56,706 nt of DNA from an uncultured Acholeplasmataceae bacterium (GTDB lineage: Bacteria > Bacillota_I > Bacilli_A > Acholeplasmatales > Acholeplasmataceae): assembly GCA_963539745.1 (NCBI GenBank), contig CAUTNJ010000001.1, positions 1 through 56,706 on the forward strand, read 5' to 3'. Below, piece by piece: positions 1-9,448 of the stretch. Both the position numbers and the translations under genes were made by a program. The notes below the pieces were generated by a model that had not been told where the DNA came from, did no database searches, and saw only the letters and a program-made list of their open reading frames with translations. The stretch's first letter is position 1. Each line of letters begins with the position of its first letter.

Positions 1-113
1 ACAGTCGGACGAATTAAAAGTAAAATTAAAAATATAGCTAGTGCAGCAATGATTAACATGCTGACAGCGGTTTTGAGTAATATGGATTTTTTTCGGTTAG
101 TTGTGTTGTTCAT
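1..113 (-). CDS. N-terminal fragment of a membrane-protein gene that continues past the left edge
   Basis: Reverse-strand ATG at 113-111 with AAAGGA 5 nt upstream. It translates MNNTTNRKKSILLKTAVSMLIIAALAIFLILLLIRPT: a basic head followed by one hydrophobic helix. The gene is truncated by the window edge, so it is absent from the ORF track. Confidence 0.4.
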   Translation of the reverse strand, partial: MNNTTNRKKSILLKTAVSMLIIAALAIFLILLLIRPT

Positions 114-463
114 AAATATCCTTTCAAATAAAGGCAAAGTAGCCTTTTTTTAAGTCTTGAAAAAATTACTGAATAAATTATATATTAGATTTATTTTTAA
201 AATTAGGCATTTAAATCCAAAAAAAAAAAAAAACAGCCTTACAAGGGCTTTTAGTTGTGTATGAATGTTAATTTAGACAATAGTTTTCTGTATTTTACTA
301 AGTATAAAAATGTTAAATGATATATAATAATAGACAAAATTTTAATAAAATTAAAAAAACATAAAAATAAAAATTTTTACGTTTTAATGCCTTTGTTAGG
401 CTAAAAACTTATGTTTCTTTTATTTTTTAAGATTTTATATTCGCTTACTTAAGGCAAAATAAA

Positions 464-492
464 AAGGCTAAAATACACACACTTTTAGCCTT
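464..492 (-). terminator. Rho-independent terminator after aroQ (usable in both directions)
   Basis: AAGGCTAAAA / TTTTAGCCTT 10-bp stem with a 9-nt loop, flanked by A-run and T-run. It lies about 100 nt downstream of the aroQ stop. Confidence 0.5.
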
Positions 493-589
493 TTTTAAAC
501 AAATTATTTTAAAAACTCAGAAAATAAAAAAACTAAATCCTTGGTTGCTTTGTGAAAAAACTAGACGTTTTAAAGACAGTAAAACTCAG

Positions 590-1015
590 TTATTTTTCCA
601 AAATATAGTCTAAAGCATCAAAGTAAGATTGTTGTTTTTTACCTTGAAACTGAGCAAGTGCCAGGTCTTTAAATAAGTCGGTTTTCCGAAAGTCTTCACG
701 CAAACTAATGTCAGATAAATGAACCACAATAAGTTTTGATTTAATGATTTCAGCGGCGTCTCTGATAGCAATAGAGTAGTGAGTAAAGGCGGCAGGATTA
801 AAAATCACGTAGTCAAAACGAGTAGTTGCAAGGTGCAGTATATCGATGATTTTGCTTTCTGCGTTTGATTGAAAGAAGTGTAGTTTTAAATGTTTTTTGT
901 ATCTAGTTTTAATTTCTTTAATTAACTTGCTTAAAGTAAAGTCACCGTAATGAATTTGTTCTCTTAGACCAAGCATATCTAGATTCGGTCCGTTTAATAC
1001 TAATACTTTTTTCAT
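590..1015 (-). CDS. aroQ: 3-dehydroquinate dehydratase, type II
   Basis: 141 aa with a typical type II DHQase N-terminus (MKKVLVLNGPNLDMLGLRE..IYG) and typical length. AAGGAG SD; ATG lies 2 nt after the aroK stop. Confidence 0.9.
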   Translation of the reverse strand: MKKVLVLNGPNLDMLGLREQIHYGDFTLSKLIKEIKTRYKKHLKLHFFQSNAESKIIDILHLATTRFDYVIFNPAAFTHYSIAIRDAAEIIKSKLIVVHLSDISLREDFRKTDLFKDLALAQFQGKKQQSYFDALDYILEK

Positions 1016-1017
1016 CT

Positions 1018-1539
1018 TTAAACTCCTTTAATAACAGTATGTTCGCTGTTTAGAATTTTTTCCAAAATTTCTTTAGGTACTAAGTTATTTGTGTCAATAA
1101 TTTTGCATTTTATTTTTTTGCCAACTAGTGTTCTTTTTAAAAAAAATGATTTGCTTGAGTTAAGTAAAGGGCGTGTGTTTCTGCTTGTTTTTTTGTTTTG
1201 GCGAATTAAAAATTCGCGGTAACTTAACTTAAGATAAACAAATAAAAAATCACTAACTGGGAGTTTTAAAAGAAAATCACGGTTTACTTTATTTGAAATA
1301 AAACCCCCACCTAAAAAAATATAGTCTGGGCTTTGCGCAACTAAATCACTTAAAACTTTTAATTCAAGTGCTCTAAAATTAGCCTCACCATTAGTTAAAA
1401 TAAAATCGTGACAACTTGTTTTAACTTGCTTTTCAATTTCTAAGTCAAGGTCAAAAACCCTAAATTTATTTAATTTGGCAATTAAATTATAAAGTGTAGT
1501 TTTGCCAACTAAAGTTGGACCGAATATAATTTTGGTCAT
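1018..1539 (-). CDS. aroK: shikimate kinase
   Basis: 173 aa with P-loop GPTLVGKTT. DLD, GEANFRALE and GGG motifs are spaced as in shikimate kinases. The ATG overlaps the miaA TGA stop (ATGA). Confidence 0.8.
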   Translation of the reverse strand: MTKIIFGPTLVGKTTLYNLIAKLNKFRVFDLDLEIEKQVKTSCHDFILTNGEANFRALELKVLSDLVAQSPDYIFLGGGFISNKVNRDFLLKLPVSDFLFVYLKLSYREFLIRQNKKTSRNTRPLLNSSKSFFLKRTLVGKKIKCKIIDTNNLVPKEILEKILNSEHTVIKGV

Positions 1540-2390
1540 TTTGCTAAAAATTCGTAAACTGCTTTTTCGGCTTTAGCTAGTTTATGTTTATCAAAACAAT
1601 TTAAAACCAGGTGTGGTTGTGTTTGGTTTTTAAACCAAGTTTTTTGTTTTTTGGCAAGGTCTAAAGTATGCTTTAAAATATTTTGTTTAGTTTCACTAAG
1701 CGTAGCAAGACCATCTATATACATTAAAATTTCGTGGTATCCCAAAATATCGCACTCTTTTAGGCCATTTGATTTTAGTTTTCTGACTTCTTTTAAAAAA
1801 CCATTTTGGAATTGAGTTTCAATGCGAGCTTGAAAAACTTCTGTTTGATGTTCTCTTGCTAGTTCAGTTTCAATAACAAGCATATCGTAAATTGGTGTGC
1901 TTTGCTTAAAGTTAGCAAAATCAAGAGAATTTGTCTCAAAGTAGTTTTCTACTTTGCGAGTATTTTTAAAATCAATTAAAATTCCTTTTGATTTAAGATA
2001 AGCGACTTTTTCAGATATAGAAATTTCTGTGTTTTTTAAATCTTTAGTGGCTTTGAAGTCAAGTGAGTATAGTGCTGACTTTAAATAGTAGCCAGAGCCA
2101 CCAACTATAATTAAAGGCTTACTTGATTTTTCAATTAAAGTTCTAACGGCTTGCTGAAACTCATATGCTGAGTATTTAGAGTTGGGCAAGTAGTCTTTAA
2201 AGGACAGTAAAAAATGCTCAACTCCCTGCATCTCTGAGTTAGTTATTTTGGCCGTGCCGATGTCGAAACCTTTGTATACTTGAGTTGAGTCTGCGTTGAT
2301 GATTTTTAAATTAAATTTTTTAGCCAAAGCCACCGCAAGATCGGTTTTGCCACTTGCGGTTACGCCTTGAATAACTATAACTTTTTTCAA
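1536..2390 (-). CDS. miaA: tRNA dimethylallyltransferase
   Basis: 284 aa. VIQGVTASGKTDLAVALAKKF..IINADSTQVYKGFDIGTAKIT is the MiaA signature. The ORF begins with TTG at 2390-2388. Confidence 0.92.
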   Translation of the reverse strand: MKKVIVIQGVTASGKTDLAVALAKKFNLKIINADSTQVYKGFDIGTAKITNSEMQGVEHFLLSFKDYLPNSKYSAYEFQQAVRTLIEKSSKPLIIVGGSGYYLKSALYSLDFKATKDLKNTEISISEKVAYLKSKGILIDFKNTRKVENYFETNSLDFANFKQSTPIYDMLVIETELAREHQTEVFQARIETQFQNGFLKEVRKLKSNGLKECDILGYHEILMYIDGLATLSETKQNILKHTLDLAKKQKTWFKNQTQPHLVLNCFDKHKLAKAEKAVYEFLAK

Positions 2391-2483
2391 AAATGCATAC
2401 CTTTCTTTTTATTTTTTTAAAAAAAGAACTGCTTTTTTCAAAAAAAGCAGTTCTTAAAAACCTTTAAATTAGTGTACGACTAA

Positions 2484-4484
2484 CTACAGTTTTAAAACAT
2501 CGAAGTAAAGTAAGATAAACGAAACTGTGGCAATTAACAGACCAAGGAACACAAGGAAGGCAAGTAGGCGGTTAAACCAGCCTCTGTCTTCAACTTGTTG
2601 TGGTTGTACATAGTAGCCAACTGGAAGTACAGCCTGGTTTTCAATAGCGCGTGGTTTTTTAGCTTCTTTTTCAGCAAGTGAAAACACCTTATAGGCTTCT
2701 TTTTCATCGGCTTCAAGGGCTTTTTGATTTGAATCAAAATAACCACCGTTGATTACCATGTTGTGATATTCGTGATCTGAATATTTAGTCTTACAGCATT
2801 GGCAGCAGCATCCCATGTTAGCAACAGCGCCTTCTGAGTATTCTGTGTAGACTTTTCCGTCTGTGTTGTTTTTAGTGTTAGTAATGTAGTTAGTTGTGAT
2901 GTTTCTAGTGATATTGTGAATTTCGTTTTCAGTTTTAGTATGAGTTTCAGAAACGTTTTTATCGGAATTGAAAGACTCATTAACATTATTTACATCAGTA
3001 ATAACTTTATCAGAACCACTGGCTACTATATCTTGAATTTCTCCCTTAACTAAATCGCTAGAATTTTCTTCGCCATTTTTTAGAACAACTTCTTCGGGCA
3101 TTGTAGGTTCAGTAGTAGGTTCTGCAAATTCAGTTAGGTTAGAGTCTTCTTCAATTACAGTAGGTTCGACTGCTTTGGTAATTTCTTGAGTTGTAGAATC
3201 AACTGAATCAGTTAAAGGCTCGGTAGTTTCATTCGCAGTCTCTTTTAGTTTGCTTACAGAAGTTTCTTCTGGAGTTTCACTAACTTCAGTTGTAGTAGGT
3301 TCGACAACAAGAACTTCTTCAACTGTTTCTGTTTGTGGTTCTGCGCTAACCTGTTCTTCGGTAATTTCAAAAACAGGTTCTTCTTTTACTTCTTCTTCAA
3401 TGACTTCAGTAGTAGTTGGTTCTTCAACAACTTCTTGAACTGTTTCTAAACCTTCTGCTTGTGGTTCTTCTTCGTCAAAGTTAGAAATTGTTAAGTCTGA
3501 GTTATCTATGTCAACTTCATCAAAGTTAACCGGAACATATTCTTTGAACTGAATTTCAGACGAATCAAATTGTCTGGTAGTAAGTTCAGGGGCATCAGTG
3601 TCAACTTCTTGATTTTTAGTAACTTCGTCTAGTGTCAGTTCATATCCTAAGTGGTCTTCTGGTACAAAGTATGAACCTTTAGTTTGAGCAGCATGTGAAA
3701 GAATGTATTCAATGATTTCTTCTTTTTTTAGTTCTGAAGAAATCGGGATTTTGCGATCGATACAAAAACGTTCAAGTTGAATTACGTTTTTAGCCTCAAT
3801 TTCTTTTTCAACATCTAAGTCAAACTCATTTCTTTTCTTAAGTTCTTCAACGATGTTTTCAATAAACTGTTTCTTTCTTAATCTAAACGGAACGTTAACG
3901 TCGTATTTTTTACCAAGTTCGCGAATTTCTTTAACAGTAGATGAGTTAAAAAGCACTGGTCTAAATTCTTCTGGAGTTAAACCATCTAACACGTTTTCTG
4001 GGTCTTTGAAAAGTGGCCAGATACCTTTGTTGAATTCTTGAATCGCCTTGACAGGTTCATATGTTGACTTTTCTGCTTGTTTAACTAGTTTTAAAATGTC
4101 GGCATCGGCTACATTGTTTTCTTTCATTACATTTAAAAACAAGCACCAAAGTTCATCTAAGTATTGGCGGTTTAAGGCTTTTGAGTTAAAGTAAGTAAGT
4201 AAGTTTTCAAGTTCGTATTCTGAGTAAATTCTAAACCAAGAAAGGCGGTAGTTTAACTCAGATGCCAAAGATTGCAGTTTTTGTCTGGTTTTGACAACAT
4301 ACGGAAACAGCACATCTTTAAGTAGACGAATACGTCTAACTCTGGCAATTCCGGTGATATTTTGACTAAAGAAAAATTCAAGGATTTTTTTAGGTTCTAG
4401 TTTCGCTAAACTTTGTGTAAGTTCGCTAACTGGATACTCTTTGTTTTTTAAAGTAATATTGTCTGATAATCTAAATTGGGGCAT
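2484..4484 (-). CDS. tail-anchored protein of unknown function: helical N-domain, two HeH (Rho_N/SAP-like) motifs, acidic E/T/P/V repeat region, Cys cluster, C-terminal TM helix
   Basis: 666-aa ORF with ATG and a GAGAGGT SD. Motifs are TVKEIRELGKKYDVNVPFRLRKKQFIENIV and VIQLERFCIDRKIPISSELKKEEIIEYIL. Repeats VEEPTTTEV / VVEPTTTEV, cluster MGCCCQCCKTKYSDHEYH, and terminal helix LLAFLVFLGLLIATVSFILLYF. Confidence 0.8.
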   Translation of the reverse strand: MPQFRLSDNITLKNKEYPVSELTQSLAKLEPKKILEFFFSQNITGIARVRRIRLLKDVLFPYVVKTRQKLQSLASELNYRLSWFRIYSEYELENLLTYFNSKALNRQYLDELWCLFLNVMKENNVADADILKLVKQAEKSTYEPVKAIQEFNKGIWPLFKDPENVLDGLTPEEFRPVLFNSSTVKEIRELGKKYDVNVPFRLRKKQFIENIVEELKKRNEFDLDVEKEIEAKNVIQLERFCIDRKIPISSELKKEEIIEYILSHAAQTKGSYFVPEDHLGYELTLDEVTKNQEVDTDAPELTTRQFDSSEIQFKEYVPVNFDEVDIDNSDLTISNFDEEEPQAEGLETVQEVVEEPTTTEVIEEEVKEEPVFEITEEQVSAEPQTETVEEVLVVEPTTTEVSETPEETSVSKLKETANETTEPLTDSVDSTTQEITKAVEPTVIEEDSNLTEFAEPTTEPTMPEEVVLKNGEENSSDLVKGEIQDIVASGSDKVITDVNNVNESFNSDKNVSETHTKTENEIHNITRNITTNYITNTKNNTDGKVYTEYSEGAVANMGCCCQCCKTKYSDHEYHNMVINGGYFDSNQKALEADEKEAYKVFSLAEKEAKKPRAIENQAVLPVGYYVQPQQVEDRGWFNRLLAFLVFLGLLIATVSFILLYFDVLKL

Positions 4485-4620
4485 ATTGACCTCTCGCGCA
4501 ATTCGCTAACACTTATATTATATTTAATTATCAAATAAATACAAACAAAAATAGTCTTTTTTTAAAAAAACACTGGGAAAACGCTTCATAGAGCAAACTA
4601 TATACTAGACTTATATACCT

Positions 4621-6069
4621 TTACAGTTCTTCGCCAAACAAGTGATAAGAGTTGGCTTTGGTGATTTTGACTTTAACAATTTTACCGATTTTGTCGCTAC
4701 TACCGACAAAGTTAACTAACTTGTTTTCCGCGCTATAACCCGAAAGTATCTCGCCATTTGAGCGAGAGTAGCCATCTACTAATACCTCTAAAACTTTTCC
4801 AACATATCTTAAACTAGATTGTTTTGCGTAATACGAAGTTAGTTTATTTAGTCTAGCGAGTCTTTCTTTCTTAACCTCGAGTGGGGTGTCATCTTTGAAT
4901 TTAGAGGCTGGTGTACCCTCGCGAGGCGAAAAAATAAAAGTAAAGGCTCCGTCATATTCAACTGCTTTAACTAAATCAAGAGTATCTTGAAAATCTTGTT
5001 CAGTTTCTCCTGGAAACGCGACTATGATGTCAGTGGTTACGGTGACTTCTGGTCTGAGCGCTTTAATTGCGTTGATTTTCTCAAGATACAGTTCTTTTGT
5101 GTAGTGTCTATTCATACGCCTTAAAACTGTGTTTGAACCAGATTGCACAGGCAGATGCAAATAAGGCATGACTTGTGGAAGTTCAGTGATTGCTTTAATA
5201 CAAATCTCGTCAATGTCTCGTGGATAGGAAGTCATGAAGCGAATACGTGGGATCTTGGTTTTTGCTAAATCAAAAAGTAGATGTCCAAAAGTATATTCGC
5301 GGTCTTTAAAATCACGGCCGTATGAGTTGACGTTTTGGCCAAGTAAAGTAACTTCCATATAACCGCGGTCTGCAAGGGCTTGAACTTCAGAAATTATTTC
5401 AAGGGGTTTGCGGCTGCGTTCTTTGCCACGAGTATATGGAACTATACAAAATGTGCAAAACTCATCGCACCCAAACATGATGTTGACAAATGCCTTGTGT
5501 GCAAACTTATGGGTTTGCGGTAGGTTTTCAACAATTTCTCCTTGAATTGAGTAAACTTCTACCACCCTTTCTTTAGAAAGCACAGCAGTTTTAATATATT
5601 CAGGTAGTCTGTAGATGTTATGCGTTCCAAAAACTATGTCTAACTCTGGTACTTTTTTTAAAATTCGCTCAATGGTTCTGGGCTCTTGTGTCATACAGCC
5701 ACACATTCCAATAATTAAATCTGGATTGTGTCGCTTAAACTTAATAATGCGGCCAAGTTCAGACCAGGCCTTAGTCTCAGCGGTTTCTCTAATTGCGCAA
5801 GTGTTAATAATATAAACATCTGTCTCTTCTAAAGTCTCGGCTTTAGTAAAACCCATGTGCTCAAGAATTCCAGAAATTACTTCTGAGTCTACTTCGTTTG
5901 ACTGACAACCGTGGGTTGAGACCATGAATTTCTTCAAATGACCAAATGTCTTTAAATCAGGGTCCAGTAAAAAAACTGTACTTTCAGTTTTTTCAAAAGT
6001 ACGACGTCTTGCTTGATTTAAGTCAGGGCGAAAATATTTAAGTAGTTCCTCTTCAGTTAGTTTAGCCAT
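4621..6069 (-). CDS. miaB: tRNA-i6A37 methylthiotransferase (radical SAM, MiaB family)
   Basis: 482 aa with an N-terminal MTTase Cys triad (HGCQSN..NTCAIRE..CGC), radical-SAM CDEFCTFCIVP, and a C-terminal TRAM-like segment. Confidence 0.9.
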   Translation of the reverse strand: MAKLTEEELLKYFRPDLNQARRRTFEKTESTVFLLDPDLKTFGHLKKFMVSTHGCQSNEVDSEVISGILEHMGFTKAETLEETDVYIINTCAIRETAETKAWSELGRIIKFKRHNPDLIIGMCGCMTQEPRTIERILKKVPELDIVFGTHNIYRLPEYIKTAVLSKERVVEVYSIQGEIVENLPQTHKFAHKAFVNIMFGCDEFCTFCIVPYTRGKERSRKPLEIISEVQALADRGYMEVTLLGQNVNSYGRDFKDREYTFGHLLFDLAKTKIPRIRFMTSYPRDIDEICIKAITELPQVMPYLHLPVQSGSNTVLRRMNRHYTKELYLEKINAIKALRPEVTVTTDIIVAFPGETEQDFQDTLDLVKAVEYDGAFTFIFSPREGTPASKFKDDTPLEVKKERLARLNKLTSYYAKQSSLRYVGKVLEVLVDGYSRSNGEILSGYSAENKLVNFVGSSDKIGKIVKVKITKANSYHLFGEEL

Positions 6070-6092
6070 TTTTTTAAAAAAATAAGTTTTGC

Positions 6093-6851
6093 CTATTCGT
6101 AGATTTGAATCCGTTTAATTTCTTTTTTTGAAAAATCCATTAAAGTTGCGTTTAAATAGCATCTACCTTCTGCAGTTTTGGCTTTTTCTGAAAACCCGTT
6201 TAAGTTTCTCTCAATCACAGCTGTTGGCTCAACTCCTATGCAAGAGTCTACTACCCCGCACATTCCAGTGTCAGTCTGATAAAGTGTACCTTTTGGCAAA
6301 ACTCTTTCATCAGCGGTCGGTACATGAGTGTGCGTACCACAAATTCCGGAAACTCGGCCATCAAAATGCAGGGCAAACGCGAGTTTTTCAGAAGTAGCCT
6401 CACCGTGAAAATCTATAAATACATAGTCGGCTTCGTTTTTTGCCAATATCTCTTCAACTACTTTAATTGGGTTGTCTAGAGAAATATTGATAAATACTCG
6501 GCCTATTACATTTATAATAAGTAGTTTTTTTTCGTTAAACTTAACTACCTTATAGCCAACTCCAGGTACATCTCCGTAGTTACAAGGTCTAATAATTTGG
6601 GAGTTTGGGTCATTTAAAATCGGAAAAATTTCTCGTTTATCAAAGGCGTGATTACCTAGAGTTACAAAGTTAATACCTGCTTTCATGTAGGCCTTGTAGT
6701 GTTCTGGCGAAATTCCCAGGCCATGTGTAGTGTTTTCGCCATTGACCACGATAAAGTTAGGCTTATAGGTTTGCTTAATTTCGGGTAGTTTTGAAAATAA
6801 AAATCTGCGGCCTTCTTTGCCAAAAACATCTCCAATAAATAGTAATTTCAT
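6093..6851 (-). CDS. ymdB: YmdB-family metallophosphoesterase (2',3'-cyclic-nucleotide phosphodiesterase)
   Basis: 252 aa. MKLLFIGDVFGKEGRR, VNGENTTHG, GNH and DFHGEATSEK motifs. It sits directly downstream of rny, as in Bacillus. Confidence 0.88.
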   Translation of the reverse strand: MKLLFIGDVFGKEGRRFLFSKLPEIKQTYKPNFIVVNGENTTHGLGISPEHYKAYMKAGINFVTLGNHAFDKREIFPILNDPNSQIIRPCNYGDVPGVGYKVVKFNEKKLLIINVIGRVFINISLDNPIKVVEEILAKNEADYVFIDFHGEATSEKLAFALHFDGRVSGICGTHTHVPTADERVLPKGTLYQTDTGMCGVVDSCIGVEPTAVIERNLNGFSEKAKTAEGRCYLNATLMDFSKKEIKRIQIYE

Positions 6852-6924
6852 CTCTTAATGCGCCCTCGTTTCTATACCTTAATTATAAAGGGTTTGTCTT
6901 AAAAATAGGTAAACCTAAATAAAA

Positions 6925-6953
6925 ATAGGTTTGAATAAATAATTCAAACCTAT
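6925..6953 (-). terminator. hairpin between rny and ymdB (terminator/attenuator)
   Basis: ATAGGTTTGAA / TTCAAACCTAT 11-bp stem with a 7-nt loop, 33 nt downstream of the rny stop, followed by T-rich sequence on the minus strand. Confidence 0.5.
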
Positions 6954-6985
6954 TTAAAAGATTTATTAAAATATTAAGTTAATGC

Positions 6986-8548
6986 TTATTTAGCAAAATC
7001 AGTAACTCTGGTTTCACGAATTAAAGTAATTTTAACGGTTCCTGGATACTGCATTTCGTTTTCAATGCGTTCTTTGATGTTTCTCGCAATTAGTGCCATT
7101 TCTTTGTCAAACACTTGATCTGGTTTAACCATGACCCTGATTTCTCTACCTGCTTGAATTGCATAGGCTTTTTTCACGCCTTGGAAAGAGTTAGCAATTT
7201 CTTCAAGTTGAGTTAAACGTTTAATGTAGTTTTCAGAAGATTCGTTTCTAGCGCCTGGACGAGAGGCAGAAATAGCGTCGGCAGCAGCTACCAATACAGC
7301 GATTACCGATTTTGCTTCGCGGTCTCCGTGGTGGGAAGAAATTGCGTCAATTACTTCTGGGGCTTCTTTGTAGCGCTGTGCTAGTTTAACGCCAATTTCT
7401 ACGTGTGAACCTTCCATCTCATGATCAATTGCCTTGCCGATGTCGTGAAGTAGACCGGCTCTGCGGGCAATGTATTCGTTTTCGCCAAGTTCAGCGGCTA
7501 ATTTACCTGCTAAAAACCCAACTTCCATGCTGTGTTTAAGCACGTTTTGGCCAAAACTTGTACGGAAAGCCATGCGACCAACAATACGAATTAAATCTAG
7601 ATTCATCTTACCGATTTCCATTTGGAAAACCGCGTCTTCACCTGCTTGAAATACATAGTCGTCAACTTCTTTTTGAGCCTTTTCAACTAACTCCTCAATT
7701 CGCTGTGGATGAATTCTACCGTCTTGAATTAACGCAGTTAGTGCTTTTTTAGCAACTTCTCTGCGAATCGGGTCAAATCCAGACAAGACAACAGCGTTTG
7801 GTGTGTCGTCAATTACTACGTCAACTCCAGTTAAAGCCTCAAACGCACGTATGTTTCTACCTTCTTTTCCAATAATTCTTCCCTTGATTGAGTCATCTTG
7901 GAAGTTAACCACAGAAATTGTGTGGTCAGCAGTCGCGTCAGACGCATACTTTTGCATAGCGATTGCCAAAATACTTTTAGCCTTACGTTCTGCTTCAAGT
8001 TGAGCGCGTTCCTCAGATTCACGAATATACGCGCTCATTTCGTGTTGCATCTTGTTTTCAAGGTCTTGCATAATTTCGGCTTTCGCTTGGTCTTTAGAAA
8101 GACCAGCAACACGTTCAAGTTCACGCTCAGCCTCAGTAATTTTTTCTTCAACTTTTGCGTGTTTTTCATCAAGTTCAAGTTGTTTTTGTTGAATATTTTT
8201 ATCTTTATCGTCAATAGATTGCTCACGTTTATCTAAATAAAGTGTGCGGTTATCTAAAGACTGCTCACGAGTAATTAACTTATTTTCTTGTTCAGCAACT
8301 AGTTTAAGACGGCTATTAATGTTAGTCTCTGCGTCTTGTTTTAAACTTTCAATATTACTACGTCCTTGTTGTAAGTATTCTTTTTTTAAGCGATCGGCTT
8401 CTTTTTTGCCTTCGCTAATAATCTTTTCAAAAGTAAATTTGGCTTTTTTTAGCCCCTTTTCATAAGTTATTTTTCTTGTAATATACCCAAGGATTGAACC
8501 AAGTATAATAGAGGTTAAACTCGCAAGCACTATAATTAGTGCAGTCAT
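6986..8548 (-). CDS. rny: ribonuclease Y
   Basis: N-terminal TM helix, coiled coil, KH domain ([15 protein letters not shown]) and HD domain (LLHDIGKA). I trimmed the start to the ATG at 8548 ([11 protein letters not shown]...), which has GGAGGA 5 nt upstream. The track ORF starts 75 nt earlier without an SD. Confidence 0.93.
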   Translation of the reverse strand: MTALIIVLASLTSIILGSILGYITRKITYEKGLKKAKFTFEKIISEGKKEADRLKKEYLQQGRSNIESLKQDAETNINSRLKLVAEQENKLITREQSLDNRTLYLDKREQSIDDKDKNIQQKQLELDEKHAKVEEKITEAERELERVAGLSKDQAKAEIMQDLENKMQHEMSAYIRESEERAQLEAERKAKSILAIAMQKYASDATADHTISVVNFQDDSIKGRIIGKEGRNIRAFEALTGVDVVIDDTPNAVVLSGFDPIRREVAKKALTALIQDGRIHPQRIEELVEKAQKEVDDYVFQAGEDAVFQMEIGKMNLDLIRIVGRMAFRTSFGQNVLKHSMEVGFLAGKLAAELGENEYIARRAGLLHDIGKAIDHEMEGSHVEIGVKLAQRYKEAPEVIDAISSHHGDREAKSVIAVLVAAADAISASRPGARNESSENYIKRLTQLEEIANSFQGVKKAYAIQAGREIRVMVKPDQVFDKEMALIARNIKERIENEMQYPGTVKITLIRETRVTDFAK

Positions 8549-8822
8549 TTTATCCTCCAGACAGCGTTTTAAAATTAACTCTGTCGCTATTTGAATTATA
8601 GGCAACTCACCCCTAAAAGTCAAATAGTTTTTTAGGTTAAATTGTGCTAAAATACACCTAGAAGAACTAATTTTAAATATCTATTAAAAGGAAAACTTAA
8701 GTTTTTATCGCCTATTTTATCTTTTTGAAGCAAGTGATTTAAAAGTATTTGAACAAATTAAACTTATGTAAAATTGACACAAAAAATAAATGTATTTTTT
8801 AAATATATTGAGGTATAAAATT

Positions 8823-9440
8823 ATGATTTTGATGAACAATATAATTGATGAAAGTAATGCAAATATCCACAAAAAATGTTTTGAGTGCAGACTACCACTT
8901 TCCTTTAAAGACAAGCGTTTAGCCAAAGAACTAATAGAATACGTGAGAAACTCAATAACTCCAGAAATTAGAGACCGATTTAATTTACGCGAAGCTGTAG
9001 GCTTGGCTGCTCCCCAGATCAATGTGCTTAAACAAATGTTTGCGGTTTACTTTTACGACATTGACGAAACTTTTTATAACTTTGTTGCGGTTAACCCAGA
9101 AATTATTGAAGTAAGTAAAGAACTAATTTATTTACCAGAAGGCGAAGGTTGTTTGAGTGTCAACCGAGAAACCGATAACCTGCTGACCCCTAGACATAAA
9201 GAAATTAAGGCGAAATTTTTAAAAATTGTAGAAGGCGAAAAGCCGATTTGGGTTACCCAAACCTTTAAAGACTATCCGGCGATTGTGTTTCAACACGAGT
9301 ATGACCACCTTCAGGGCACATTATTTGCCGACAAAATGTTTAAGGAACTACCAGACGCTAAACCTGTTTTTGATTTAGATAAAATCAGAGCAGAATATCA
9401 AGCCAAAGTAGATGCCGTAAACACAAAAAAAATAAAATAA
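8823..9440 (+). CDS. def: peptide deformylase
   Basis: GLAAPQI, EGCLS and QHEYDHL metal-binding motifs. The start is trimmed to ATG 8823, which has GAGGT 7 nt upstream. Confidence 0.92.
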   Translation: MILMNNIIDESNANIHKKCFECRLPLSFKDKRLAKELIEYVRNSITPEIRDRFNLREAVGLAAPQINVLKQMFAVYFYDIDETFYNFVAVNPEIIEVSKELIYLPEGEGCLSVNRETDNLLTPRHKEIKAKFLKIVEGEKPIWVTQTFKDYPAIVFQHEYDHLQGTLFADKMFKELPDAKPVFDLDKIRAEYQAKVDAVNTKKIK

Positions 9441-9448
9441 AGGTATAG

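Noticed and set aside
8549-8623. 25-codon N-terminal extension of rny in the ORF track
   Set aside because: It has no SD. The internal ATG at 8548 is preceded by GGAGGA and begins exactly at the RNase Y TM helix.
8717-9022. 101-aa minus-strand ORF overlapping the def start
   Set aside because: It is low-complexity, has no SD, overlaps the well-supported def gene and the rny/def promoter region, and resembles no known family.
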